Shown here: positions 1-16,862 of the stretch, in pieces
Numbering within the stretch: the first letter of the stretch is position 1
How the letters are laid out: each line of letters begins with the position of its first letter
From: Zygnema circumcarinatum SAG 698-1b
Lineage: Eukaryota; Plantae; Zygnematophyceae
Direction: 5' to 3'
Assembly: GCA_037447605.1 (NCBI GenBank)
Contig: CM074804.1
Coordinates: forward strand, 8,595,909-8,659,908
DNA length: 64,000 nt
Made by a program: the position numbers and the translations under genes
The notes under the pieces: model-generated
Database searches by the model: none
Told to the model about the DNA's origin: nothing
Seen by the model: the letters and a program-made list of their open reading frames with translations, nothing else

Positions 1-1686
1 GTTATCAACTGTACCGCACGGACAGACTTGGATGTCCTGGCGAAGCACATAACCATGGCCCAAGATTTTGGAGTGGTGGCGCTCGTTCCAGCTGAGAATG
101 CTGACATTGGTCCTTACGAGGATTTTGTGCAGTACTTGGGAGAAAAAAGACGAGCAGGAGTAGCGAAGCTGGTGGATGGTTCTACGCTCTTTTTGGTTCC
201 ACCCTCCGATTTCTCACAAATCGTGTTGAAAGTCCCTCGGAAGGATGCGCTGTTTGGTGTGGCCCTGACAATGGCCCAGCCACAATCAGGGTCGTCTGGA
301 CCTTCTCAGCTGCCTTCAGCCCAGTCACATCTCTTGCCAGCCCCCCCCCCGATTCAAATTGCTCAGCCTCCGGATGCACCTGCCCAGACAACGCCCTCGC
401 TCGCTGCACAACCTGCTCCTGTTCTGTCTCAGACTCAGCCGAATTCCCTGCCCTCAGTGGGCCAAAGTGGGCCTGCCGCCCAGCAGAGTTTGCCGCAGGG
501 CCTTTCGCCTGAGGTGTTGGCGTCTCTCACCTCTGCCCTCCTTCCGCAGACAGGGAGTCAGCAGGTTCGAGCACCTGCCCCCGTATCTGCAGCCCCGCAA
601 GTAGGAAGCCAGTCTTCTGCCGGCTTGGCATCTGGTCCAGTCCAAGGCCAGGGGATCTCATCAATCAGGCCTGATGCGGGTAGTTCAGCAGGGTTACTAC
701 AGACAACCTCCGCGATTCAGAGGCCCCAAGTGGCTTCTTCATTTGGAACCCAAGGTGGAATACTATGGCAACCTTCATCACAAGATCCCCAGCAGGGGCC
801 TGCAGGCCTTCGCAATGGTTTGTCACAGCAGGAGATGCAGTCATACCTGCATCAGCAGCCACAGCAGCCTACGCACTTTGATGGACCTCAAGCCTCGTTG
901 TCCGGGCCACAGCAAATGCAATCAGTGCCCTCTGTTCCTGGCGGATCATTCCAGCAGCAAGTGCAGCAGGGAGGCTTCCCGAGTGGGCAGGCTGTGCAGT
1001 ATCCGCAGCCATCGCAGGGCCAAGCCCGCCCTTCTCAGGGAGGTTCGCCCCTCCAGCTCCCTTCAGACCAGCTGGCGCAGCTGGCAGCAATGTTGTCGCA
1101 GAGACCGCAAGCGCCTTCACAGCCGTCTCAGCAGAGTAGTGTATATCTGCCGGGTCAGCAGCAGCAGCAGCCGCAGCCGCCGCCTCCACTGTCACAGCCG
1201 TCGTATGCGCAGCAACAGCCTCTGGCTGCAGCGCTGCAGCAAGCACAGCAAGGGCAGTTTCAATCCCATCCAGTTCCCCAGCCATGGCCTCCTCTCCCCT
1301 CACAGCCACTATATCCTCAGCAGCAAATGTTTGCACCTGCTCCGGTGCAGCAGGCCCCTCCACAGCTGCAGGCGCCACTACCACACATGCAGCAAGGTGC
1401 GCAGGGGCAGTGGGAGGGTCATGGGTCACAGGCTCAGCCCGTGGTTAGTCAGCCTCAGCCTCAACCCCAATCTCAGTCCTTGCCACAGAGTCAGCCTCCC
1501 GCTCAGCAGCAGCCTTCATCGCAGCCACAGCAATCGTCCAGTCAACAGCCTGGAAATCCAAATGACGTTGCGCTGCCAGCACAGCCTCAGGGTGAGGCAG
1601 AGGCCAAGCGATTCCAGGCTACACTCCAGTTGGCAGCCGCTCTTCTGCAACAAATGCAACAGCAGCAGCATATGAAGAACTCATAA
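1..1686 (+). CDS. FPA: Flowering-time control protein FPA-like (Spen family), terminal exon: SPOC domain plus Q/P-rich tail; 5' part lies outside the window
   Basis: Frame is open from base 1: VINCTARTDLDVLAKH...YEDFVQYLGEKRRAGVAKLVDGSTLFLVPPSDFSQIVLKV matches the FPA SPOC domain. It ends ...LQLAAALLQQMQQQQHMKNS*, similar to the C-terminal motif of plant FPA. Confidence 0.9.
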   Translation, partial: VINCTARTDLDVLAKHITMAQDFGVVALVPAENADIGPYEDFVQYLGEKRRAGVAKLVDGSTLFLVPPSDFSQIVLKVPRKDALFGVALTMAQPQSGSSGPSQLPSAQSHLLPAPPPIQIAQPPDAPAQTTPSLAAQPAPVLSQTQPNSLPSVGQSGPAAQQSLPQGLSPEVLASLTSALLPQTGSQQVRAPAPVSAAPQVGSQSSAGLASGPVQGQGISSIRPDAGSSAGLLQTTSAIQRPQVASSFGTQGGILWQPSSQDPQQGPAGLRNGLSQQEMQSYLHQQPQQPTHFDGPQASLSGPQQMQSVPSVPGGSFQQQVQQGGFPSGQAVQYPQPSQGQARPSQGGSPLQLPSDQLAQLAAMLSQRPQAPSQPSQQSSVYLPGQQQQQPQPPPPLSQPSYAQQQPLAAALQQAQQGQFQSHPVPQPWPPLPSQPLYPQQQMFAPAPVQQAPPQLQAPLPHMQQGAQGQWEGHGSQAQPVVSQPQPQPQSQSLPQSQPPAQQQPSSQPQQSSSQQPGNPNDVALPAQPQGEAEAKRFQATLQLAAALLQQMQQQQHMKNS

Positions 1687-4544
1687 GGGAGAAACCGGAG
1701 GGCAGATCTTCACGGTCTACATGGTATGCCCCACTTCTCAAATGACCCACTGAGAATTATACACGTAGATTTACCCGGTCAAAACAACAGGCTTCTGCAC
1801 GTAACCCCCCCCCAGCACATGCCTTTGCCTCCGCCTTCCTACACACTTTCAGTTGCGAATCCTCTGCACACTTGTGCAAAACATGATGTCTTTCCAGAGT
1901 TGCCAGACGAAATGACCTGATAAGAGGGAAATGATGACTACATTCTGCATTTTCCACTAGCCGACTAAAACGGGAGTCAAGACTATTTAGCCATAATGTA
2001 CCCCAATTCATCCTTTCAACCGATTTCACATCAAGGTCTCTCGTGAACAGATTTAGGACCCTTTCTGGTGGTGATTGTGCCTGGAACTTCGAATCGCAGC
2101 TGTGACTGTTCTACTTTACCGCTTCAGTCGGTAGCTCGCGACAAAAGTGAATGTCTGCTCATATTCTATAGGCGTACTAATCAGGATGTGATGCGCAGTA
2201 ATTGAACACGTTTAAGCACATCATATCTAGCGTCATATCAATTGCCCGGCGTTACTGTTGAATTTGTTTAATGTATTTTGATCACATCATAAACACACAA
2301 TGGCGATGCACCAATACAACGACTGCGTCTTATGCCTGGACTCGGCATCTAGAAAAAGTTTGCAGTCGATCTAAAATGCCAGTAGAGAAGTCGTTGTAGT
2401 ATGAGCTCAAATGCAATAGGATGGTCGACTACTTGTTGGGTTTAATTTGACGTTTCATGTTATCGTCACCTGTTTCCGAGGTTCGCAGTCTGTCCTTGTT
2501 GGGCTCGTCGAGCTTCCATGAGAAGTCAGTGAACACTAAATAATAGTCTGCAATGCCGTAGTGGCTGGAGTTAGAGGGCAAGCCATCCGTGCCTGACTAA
2601 ATAAAGCCTTCAACCTGGGTAGAATGTCGGGGTGATGCAATCACATATACATAATTCAACTTGCTGCATGCAGAGCTGACACACGGAAAGGAACACGCAA
2701 GGCGTTCTCTGCATATTTCAGTAGTGGTGCCAAGAAATTGCATACTCTAAGTTCGCACTGACACCCTTTCTGCTGTAGTTATCCTTATGCAGAGGTTTGT
2801 TTCACTGACATAAATGACTCGCCTTAGCATGCCTGCCTGAACAGGAGGTGCAAGCAGCAGCATGTGTACTGACTATGGCAGGATGGCACGGTTTACATCT
2901 GCATACTCTGTTTGATTTGCAAACGTAAACCTGCCAGCGTTTCTCAGTGTTGCACAGGTTCAGAGGTCGAGGTCAGAAATGGAACATTAGGTTCCGAACG
3001 AATCTTCTGCTCTGGATTGTTGCTGGAGTTCTGCACTTCGTAGGTGGCAGTTCTTTTCTCTCTCCTTCGCAGAGCAGGCATCACCCCTCGGATGTCCCAT
3101 GCCATGCATCGGAGAACCTTGGCAAACTTTGAAGCTACATCGTTTCTGTCAGAAGGGCATCAGGGCTGTGTGCATTCACTCCAGGAACATTGCTGGGACA
3201 TTATTTTTTATTTAGCGGAAGAGAAGCTCCTCATGCCAGCCGTGCCGTCCCATGCCTTGCCTGCTTATCTCTGACTGTCGCCACTCGAGCCCACCATTGA
3301 CCGCTTGCAGCTACCAACCCCGTAGCGCATCGATTCTGACCATTGCAGGGCGTCTCTTTGCGTGGACTTCAGATGTGTGCCGTCACCATCAGTGCAGCCT
3401 TCGTCAAAACGTGTGCACAGAAGTAGTGAAGCTTGGGCGCCTGCACGGGGAGGTATCGAAGGCCGTCGCGCCGTTATATGCGAAGCATGTGGTTGAGACA
3501 TGGTGTGAGGGCGCCTTCAACAGTAGTTAGCACATGCCACTTAGGATTAGTGTGAATAGGAGGCAGCCCCACTGCCCGCAATAGCCAGAGCTTTGGCAGA
3601 GGTTACCCGGGCGTTCTTGAGCAGTTGAGAATGCAGAGGGAAGGAAATCTGCTCCAGGAAAGCAGCGACTTGTGCAGAGGGCTCGATCATCACAAAAGAG
3701 ATTCGCATAGTTCGCAAAACGGTGGTTAATTGCCACTTTGGCGCTATGAACAGTTGAATGTCGTAACCAGCCTATGCCGCTGTCTCATTTTGTTCAAAGT
3801 GGTTGTGAGCTCGCCAATGTCAGCATTTAGCATTCCACCAGCTCTCTGCAATGCACTGCAGCAGCACTAGCGGAACGCTGGTTCTACGTCTTGTCGGAAC
3901 AATGACTGAAACCATCTCCTTTACATGAAATAAACCATTGTGATGTCTCGAAAATGGGTGAAAGTTCGAATAGAATGAGCCACCCCACCAGCCACAACCC
4001 GTTTGTTAGTTTCAAAGGTGGACAGACTCGTCCGCCGCCCTCCTCCACGCGCTGCACGTTTGTTGGAGCAAATGTGGGGCGAAAGGACCGCAAAGATCAA
4101 GAGATTCACAGATCAGTGCCACATCCTTGTCTTGGCAAAGGGCTGAAAATGGCCGTTTTGGCGCTGAAAAGCATGTCACATGCTGCTGAACCTGGACCGG
4201 ACCCTGCGCCAGGTGCATTACCCGTCACACCGAAAATCGCCCTTCCGACGCTGACGATGGATTCCCCCTCCCGCGATGTACCGCGCATACCGGGTGACAC
4301 CGATATCCAGTATCCGATATACAATATTATATTCGATACGGGCTACGGTACAGAAGCAGCCCGGCGTCCGTACCAAATGTTCGTACCGTACGGCCTGTCA
4401 CGGTCTGTTGCCTGCACGGCAACGGCGTTCCATGCCGAGAATACGGCGGCGAGGGAGCGGGAGAGGGAGAGGGAGAGGGAGAGGGAGAAAGGGGAAGGGC
4501 TTGGAGGGGTTTCGGAGGGGACGGGGGGCGCGGGGCGGGGAGCC

Positions 4545-5524
4545 ATGGCGGCGGCGATGATCAGCTTCGACAGCGTGCGGGACAAGAACGTAATGCAGCT
4601 GCGCAAGATCAACAGCAGCATCTTCCCCGTGCGCTACCAGGACAAGTTCTACAAGGACGCCGTCAACTCCGGCGAGTTCACCAAACTAGGTGAGCGCTCA
4701 GCCTCTGCCTCTGCCGGGCCGTGCTTGGGCTCAGCGCCCCCTCGCTGCCCCACGGGCTTGCCATTTGTTGCCAAGAGAGGCGCACGTGCCTGATTTGTGA
4801 ACGGTGGCATTTGAGCCCAGGAGAGGGAAGGCAAGCTCGCGGGGATGTCTGATTGCGCCACGTGTTGGCCTTACAGCCTTCTATGGAGACATCTATGTCG
4901 GAGCCGTGGCCTGCCGAGTGGAGAAGAGGCCTGCGGGCGGCCAGCGGCTGTACATTATGACGCTTGGAGTGCTGGCGCCGTACCGGAGACGAGGCATAGG
5001 TCGCTGTCTTGCACTCTCCACCTTGTCAAGAAGTTTGTTTCACTTCTGTTTGGTTGGGCGCTTTAGGGCAACTTGATTATCGAATGTTTTTTCTTTCGTC
5101 TAGACGGGCCCCTGATGTCCTCCAGCAATTTTTGTCGGCTGATTAACAAAATTGGTGATGCCAGTTTGCCTTCCGTTTTTTTTTTTTCAATTCTCGCGGT
5201 TATTGGACTCACGTTTTGAGAGCATGCTAGACTTTGTCTGGTGGCTGGACAGTTTGCACCAGGGTCAAGTTTGATTAAAATGAAGCTGACATTTCTATAT
5301 TTTATGTTGCAGGTTCGCGATTGCTGCAACATTGTCTGGACCTATGTCAGCAAGATTCAAGCATACACGAAATCTACCTCCATGTTCAGACCAACAATGA
5401 CGATGCCATCGCATTTTACTCGAAGTTTGGCTTTCATGTAACCGGCACTGTTCACAACTACTATCGCAGAATAGAGCCTCCAGATTGCCACGTACTCTCT
5501 AAGGAGCTTAAACCCTCATCTTGA
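4545..5524 (+). CDS. NAA50: N-terminal acetyltransferase 50 (NatE catalytic subunit, GNAT); exons 4545-4689, 4877-4999, 5313-5524
   Basis: Spliced product MAAAMISFDSVRDKNVMQLRKINSSIFPVRYQDKFY...LYIMTLGVLAPYRRRGIGSRLL...IYLHVQTNNDDAIAFYSKFGF. GT-AG boundaries keep the frame; gccATGg start context. Confidence 0.95.
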
Positions 5525-6323
5525 CACTTCCACACGCATTGCGAGTTAGGAATAGACCCGAATTTTTTTTTGGATAGTTTTGGCAATAAGGAGCTTCCAA
5601 CCAAGCACATGATACTGCTCAGGAGAGTCATGATGTAGGTTCACAGCCGAGCTTTTCTCTTCTCCAGAGGCTTGTGCAACAGGCCTTTTTCATGATGTGA
5701 CCAATAAAATCAATTTCAAAACGATGAAGAGTTAAAAAATCCTTTTTGGCAGCTACTCGGTGCTGTAATGTGAACCGCGCATCATTGCTGTGCCTGTCCT
5801 GTCGCGGTCAAGCTTTTCTGAATGGCACCCATCGCGCGTGACCCTATTACTGACAAGCAGGTCGACATGTAGCAAGACTGACAATTGCCACTCGCTGCCT
5901 TCATTTTCAAAGTCTGTCTGTTGTTTGTGGGATGTTTTGGGCGTTATGGATTTCAGCGAGGAATTGCAGCTGCAGATTAACAGCAGCACCACTACATCCA
6001 ACGGATGGCAGTTGCTTAAGCGAAGACATTTTGTCAAATCCAATGCACAAACGTAATTTGTCCAAAAGTGTCGAACGACTTCAGGTTCCTCAAGAGGGAG
6101 GGCAACAAGTCCTACAAAACTGGTGGATTGCCCAACGAGCAAAGTTTATATACACGCAATCGACCGACCTCTCCCTGGGAATGCCTGGGAATGCCTAACT
6201 AACAGGGTCGCCCCCCTGCTCTCAACACAAGAACCCCAGTACACGCCATCCATGAAGAAATGCCTCAGCTCGACTTAAGACGATAGGCCTCTCCTCCTCG
6301 GTGATATCACATCCCGTGGCCCT

Positions 6324-11902
<5,579 letters not shown>

Positions 11903-12363
11903 GGCCGCCTCCTTTCCCCCCCCCCCGCCTCCCTCCTCCTCCTCCTCCTCCTCCTCCTCCTCCTCCTCCTCCTCAGTCCGTTATCTGACCCCAACGGAGC
12001 ATTCCCCGGCCTGCCCCCACCCCCACCGCCTGCCGCTGCCCTTCAGCGGGAGCCCTGACGGAGGAGAACGCCCCGGGCCATGGCGGTGCATCCGTGCATG
12101 CCCATGGCCATGCCCATGCCCATGATGGCCATGGATGGATGATGGCTGATGGGTTTCTTGGCTTGACATGTGATATGATATGGTCACAGGCATGTCGCGG
12201 CCATGTACGGACAGGGCGAGAGGTGTACGGCCGGTACGGCAGGCCCCTTCAATGAGCACCTCCCTCCCTCCCTGTCTGCCAGGAGGGGAGGGGAGGAAAG
12301 GGGAGGGGAGGAAAGGGGAGGGGAGGAAAGTGGAGGGAGGAGGGAGGAGGGAGGGCGGGCGCC

Positions 12364-15300
12364 ATGGGGGGCGCGGAGGCGTACTACAAGAGCAACCTGG
12401 ACCTGGTGCTGCGCGAGAACAAGGCGCTCAAGGCGCGCCTCGACCAGCTCGACGCGGAGACGCGCCTGCTCAAGCGCTCGCTCTACGACCTCACCCTGCG
12501 GTCCCGCCCCGCCCCGCCCCGCCCCGCGCTCTAAGACATTCTGCCGTCCGTCGGGTCCTTTGCTTAGGCCGTCAGCTGGACGGGGGTTATCTTAGACACT
12601 AGTCTCATCTGCACCGTCTGAACTATAGTTTCGGTCCTACCACTAATGATTTGAAAAGTTTTAATTTATACGAAACATTTAATTTTCTTTTTCAAAAGCC
12701 CTGAATTATTTGAATTTTTTTTCCTAAATTCCTTCAGCATACTTCCGGAATTTCCGCTGCCCTTTGCTTACAGATTACCGTTTCTTGAAAGCTGGTACTG
12801 AACTCCCATAGCCTTCATGTTTGTAAAGTTGAATGTCTTAAAACCTCTCAGCTGTAGTGCTTCCTCTATTCATTAACTTCGCCCATTGAGGATTCTTCGC
12901 TTTCAGCCTTGCCATGCCAAAGACCTTTATCTCCTAAACTTCCTGAACTCTCTCTTCTTTCCTTCCATTGCATTGGGGGCTGCAGTCACAGTGCGTGCTT
13001 GGAGCGGTTGGGATGCTCCGCGGAGCCCCTTAGTTTGGACACCACGCCAGTTCTTCCTGCAGATTTGACACCCTCTCTCACCCTGCATCAGCTGCCCCGC
13101 AGTTCTGATCAATCCATTACTTCCTCAGCAGGTGTTTTTTTATAACCGAGGTGATGCTTAATTCCAGGTTGAAGTGTTTGTGTGAACGACTGCCAGTCCC
13201 GCATGCAACAATGCATTCTATCTGAAGTTTTAGACGCAAATTATATAGAATAGGCTGTTGCAATGGCCTTGGCGGAGAGGTCCAGGTCGAGTGGGAGGAC
13301 AGGCGAAGCAGCAGAGCGATGGAGTATATCTGCTGCCCACCGCGGAACTGAAGGTGAGCCACAAGCAGAGGGGAAGCCTTAGCGGCCTCATGGAAAGCAA
13401 CTTTTGAAATCGCCCACAGTCCTGCGGAGGCCATCTCAGCAGGCTCGCACTTCTGGCCGGTCCCCTGCAGGGCCACATGGGAGCCGTGTACTCCGCCCAG
13501 TTCGCTCCAACAGGGCGCCTGCTCGCCTCGGGCTCCTTTGACCGCAGCGTGCGCCTCTGGGACACAGCGCAGCAGCGCGAGGTGCCGACCACTCTCCGGG
13601 GCCCGCCAGGAAGGGGGGGGAGGGGGAAGTCAGCGGCTGAGGGAGGAGAGTGACGGGGGGGGGAGGGGGGGCAGGTCGCCTGTCTGGAGGAGCATCAGCT
13701 GAGCGTGGCCGACGTCTGCTGGTCGGCAGACGGTGCGCGGGTGCTCTCTGCCGGCTTCGACCACTCCGTGAAGGAGTGGGACCCCGCGGGGGGGCGGGCC
13801 GTGCACTCCTACGACACGCGCAGCGGCTTCGTGCAGGCCGTCTGCTGTCATCCCAATGGTGCCTCCAACGCCTGATATCCCCAAGCTACAAACGCACAAA
13901 GCCCTACATGCCATGCCATGGCATGGCATGCCGTGCCGTGCCAACGCCACACCACACCATAAATCAAGTTCATAACTCCCCTCCCGACCTCTGAGAATGT
14001 GGCAAAGCATGCTGAACGGCTGCTTGTAGAGAAAGTTTTTCTGAGACTCGACACGCACGTTCTGTGCTGCCAGACGGTGCCCTCTTTGTGGCGGCGGGAA
14101 CAGCAAAGCGGGTGTATGTGTTTGATCGGCGGCAGGGCAGCGCGGCGGCCATGGAGCTCGAGTGCGAGGGGAAAGTGAGCTCTGTGGTCGTCAGCTGCGC
14201 GTGGACGTGTGTGTCCGGCGACTCGCGGGGAGCCCTGAAAGAGTGGGACCTGCGCACAGCCGCCTGCTTGGCCTCCCGCTTCAACGACCCCACGCACAAG
14301 CCCATCTCCTGCCTCGCATTCGTGGAACCGCAAGGTGTCTATGCATTTTCAGGCCCGTGATTCAGGAAGCGTTATTCTGCACATTTTGGAATTCTGCGCT
14401 TCAGAAACTCGATCCACCTTAGGCTTTTCGTCCAGACAGTGTCTACTCAACAAATTTATCTCGATTTCCGCGGTTCCTTTTCAGTAAACAAAGGTCAACT
14501 GGTGGTGCTGGGACTTGCAGATGCTTCGCTGGAGAGGGAAAGTCAGCTGGCAGTCAACAGCGACGAGAATGGCAAGCTCACAAGCCCTTCGACTTGGGCA
14601 CCAATAGCTTGCTTCGACAGTTTTAGATGTGACGGCCACTTCTGCATTTGCCATTTGCACTGAGCCTGTCTGGGGAAGGAGCAGTGCTCCGAGTCTACGA
14701 TGCATCGGCCGAACCAGCTGGCGATTTCTCTGGAGGCCACGTGGCGGCGCTGCAGCTCCGGCACGCCATTGAGGGGACGCGCAGCGAACACTGGAGCATC
14801 CGCTGCTCGCTGCTGCGCGGGGCGCTCTGTGAGTGAGGGGGGACAACGGCATGCATGTGCATGGGGCTCATGTGCATCAGCCATGTGGCGCCTTGGCCCG
14901 TTCCAGCACGTGTGGGGTAACTTGCCACGTGTCATGGGAGGTGGCACAGACAGCAGCAGAACGCGGTCGGAGAGTCAACGGACTGGCGGGGGCGACGGCA
15001 GAGATGCGCGCAGCAGAGGGTGAGGGGGAGGGCGCAGCAGCGTGAAAGCCCTCCAATCCTATGAGGTCCAGCCCCTTCCCCTGCTGCTGAGCAGGACTGA
15101 GAGACTGATTGGGTGCGAATGGAAATGGGGGCGGCAGGTGGCTGGACGGCCATGTGCAGGAAGCGCTGCTATTGGCCTCAGGCAGCGCTGACCCGTATGC
15201 CTATGTCTTTGACGTCAGCGGGCCCCAGGTTTGTGTTTCTCTCTTGTAACGGGCCTGGCTGTAGGCCGAGTGTACGGAGGGGAGGGAGGGGGAGACGGAG

Positions 15301-15511
15301 AAGGAGAGAGGGAACGAGCGATCATTCGTGATGATGTTCTTTCTGAGCGGCGACGAGCGGCGGGGCGCAGGGCTCCGCGGAGCTGGTGCAGCGGCTGGAG
15401 GGCCACGCGGACCGCGTGTGCGGCGCCACGTGGCACCCGAGGGAGGCGCTGCTCGCCACCTACTCCGCCGACTGCAGCGTGCGCCTCTGGGCTCCGCAGA
15501 GGCGCGCGTGA
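12364..15511 (+). CDS. Uncharacterised protein with N-terminal coiled coil and WD40 beta-propeller, multi-exon
   Basis: Exon 1 MGGAEAYYKSNLDLVLRENKALKARLDQLDAETRLLKRSLYDL (coiled coil). WD40 exons: 13471-13581 GHMGAVYSAQFAPTGRLLASGSFDRSVRLWD; from 13675 HQLSVADVCWSADGARVLSAGFDHSVKEWD; SGDSRGALKEWDLR; LLASGSADPYAYVFD; GHADRVCGATWHPREALLATYSADCSVRLW; stop at 15509-15511. Exons between 12500 and 13470 are not resolved. Confidence 0.8.
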
Positions 15512-16862
15512 CGCTTCACCCATGGTCATGCCATGCCATGGCATGCTTCCCTGGGGCAATGCAAGAGATTGACGCGGTTTAAAGTGTGGATGTGGAATGA
15601 AGTGTTCGTAAAATCCCATGGCACCCGACCATGAAGCCGGGCCCATGGTCCACAGTGGGCGCGGGTCGCGGGAGTGTTGTCGATTTAAAGAACACAGAAC
15701 GAATCCGTTGTGAACTTTTGCGGCTTCTTCGGTCGATTGGAAGCGCGTCATGATGATGATGATGGAGGCGTTTGCCGGTCCGCCAGCCCCTTCCGTGTTC
15801 TGCGGGCTGCCTGGCCGGTCGACTGCGCACACGCTGTGAAGAGGCCATGGTTGAGACAGTCGATCGCTCCAACAGTAGCACTCGCGCGAACTGGCTTGAA
15901 TGGCAGGTTCGTGAAACAGTCGTGTGGTTTTCATTTGTTTACATGTAACGCCTATTTTCCGTTTCACGACCAGTTCCACGAAAGATCGGCCAGCGCATGG
16001 GGACTGTCTGAATGTCCGTACAGTGCGACGACCTTATCACAGGTCCCGACAAGCGTCACCTGGCAGAGGGGGCGGCAGGTCTAGCGAGGGTTGCACGTGG
16101 CGTCACGGATATGCACTGGTCCCACGACGAGCGGATGGCTGACGTCAACAGTATTTTTCTTTAACGGGTGATCGAACGGTGTAGAATCCTCCGACGGCCA
16201 TCGACGGTCGACGAAAGAAACTTTTGCGTTGGTGGGACCACAGTCGTCACGCGGCGCACACAGACGAACTCGCACGTGCGGGCCGACTACAAATCAATTC
16301 GTGCTCGACCTCAGGGGCGTGACGTGACAGTCGCTAGACGCGCCACAAAGACGAGGATTTTTCGAAGTCGCACCCAGCCAATCAGAGGGCGTCCAGCGAT
16401 TGTGGTGACACGTGTGTAGGACGCTAAAGGGCACCGAGGCGGGGGTAGAGACACAGAGCTGTCGCACCGCGACTAATGAGTAGGCGCCACGCTAATGGAA
16501 ATTCTTCGATTTGGGGGGATCTTGGCGGAGGGGGCGATTCTGGAACCGACGCGATATAAAGCGGTATGAAAGTATGAGATGTTATCGTGCTATTGAACTT
16601 ATCGATATATCCCGGCTGGAGCAATGCGATATATTCCGATATTGCAGTGCTGAGGAAAGGCCATGGCCCCATCCCGCCATCCGTCATCGCGCCGTGCCAT
16701 GGTCATGCCCACGCGATGCGCGTTCCGGTTGCCAACCGCCAATGACCGCCCGCCCGGTTGCCACGTTTGCTCACCACGTGGCCGCTGACGTCTGACGTGG
16801 CGCTGACCGCCAGCCAGGTGCCCCGTCTCCTCTCGCCAGCGCCGGCGAGGCGAAGAGAGGCC

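Noticed and set aside
674-1675. 333-aa alternative-frame ORF overlapping FPA
   Set aside because: Shadow frame of the CAG-rich coding sequence, with no recognisable motif.
1700-3950. Short ORFs and possible snoRNA boxes between FPA and NAA50
   Set aside because: No protein motif, no paired C/D boxes with terminal stem, and no consistent exon chain; treated as UTR or intergenic sequence.
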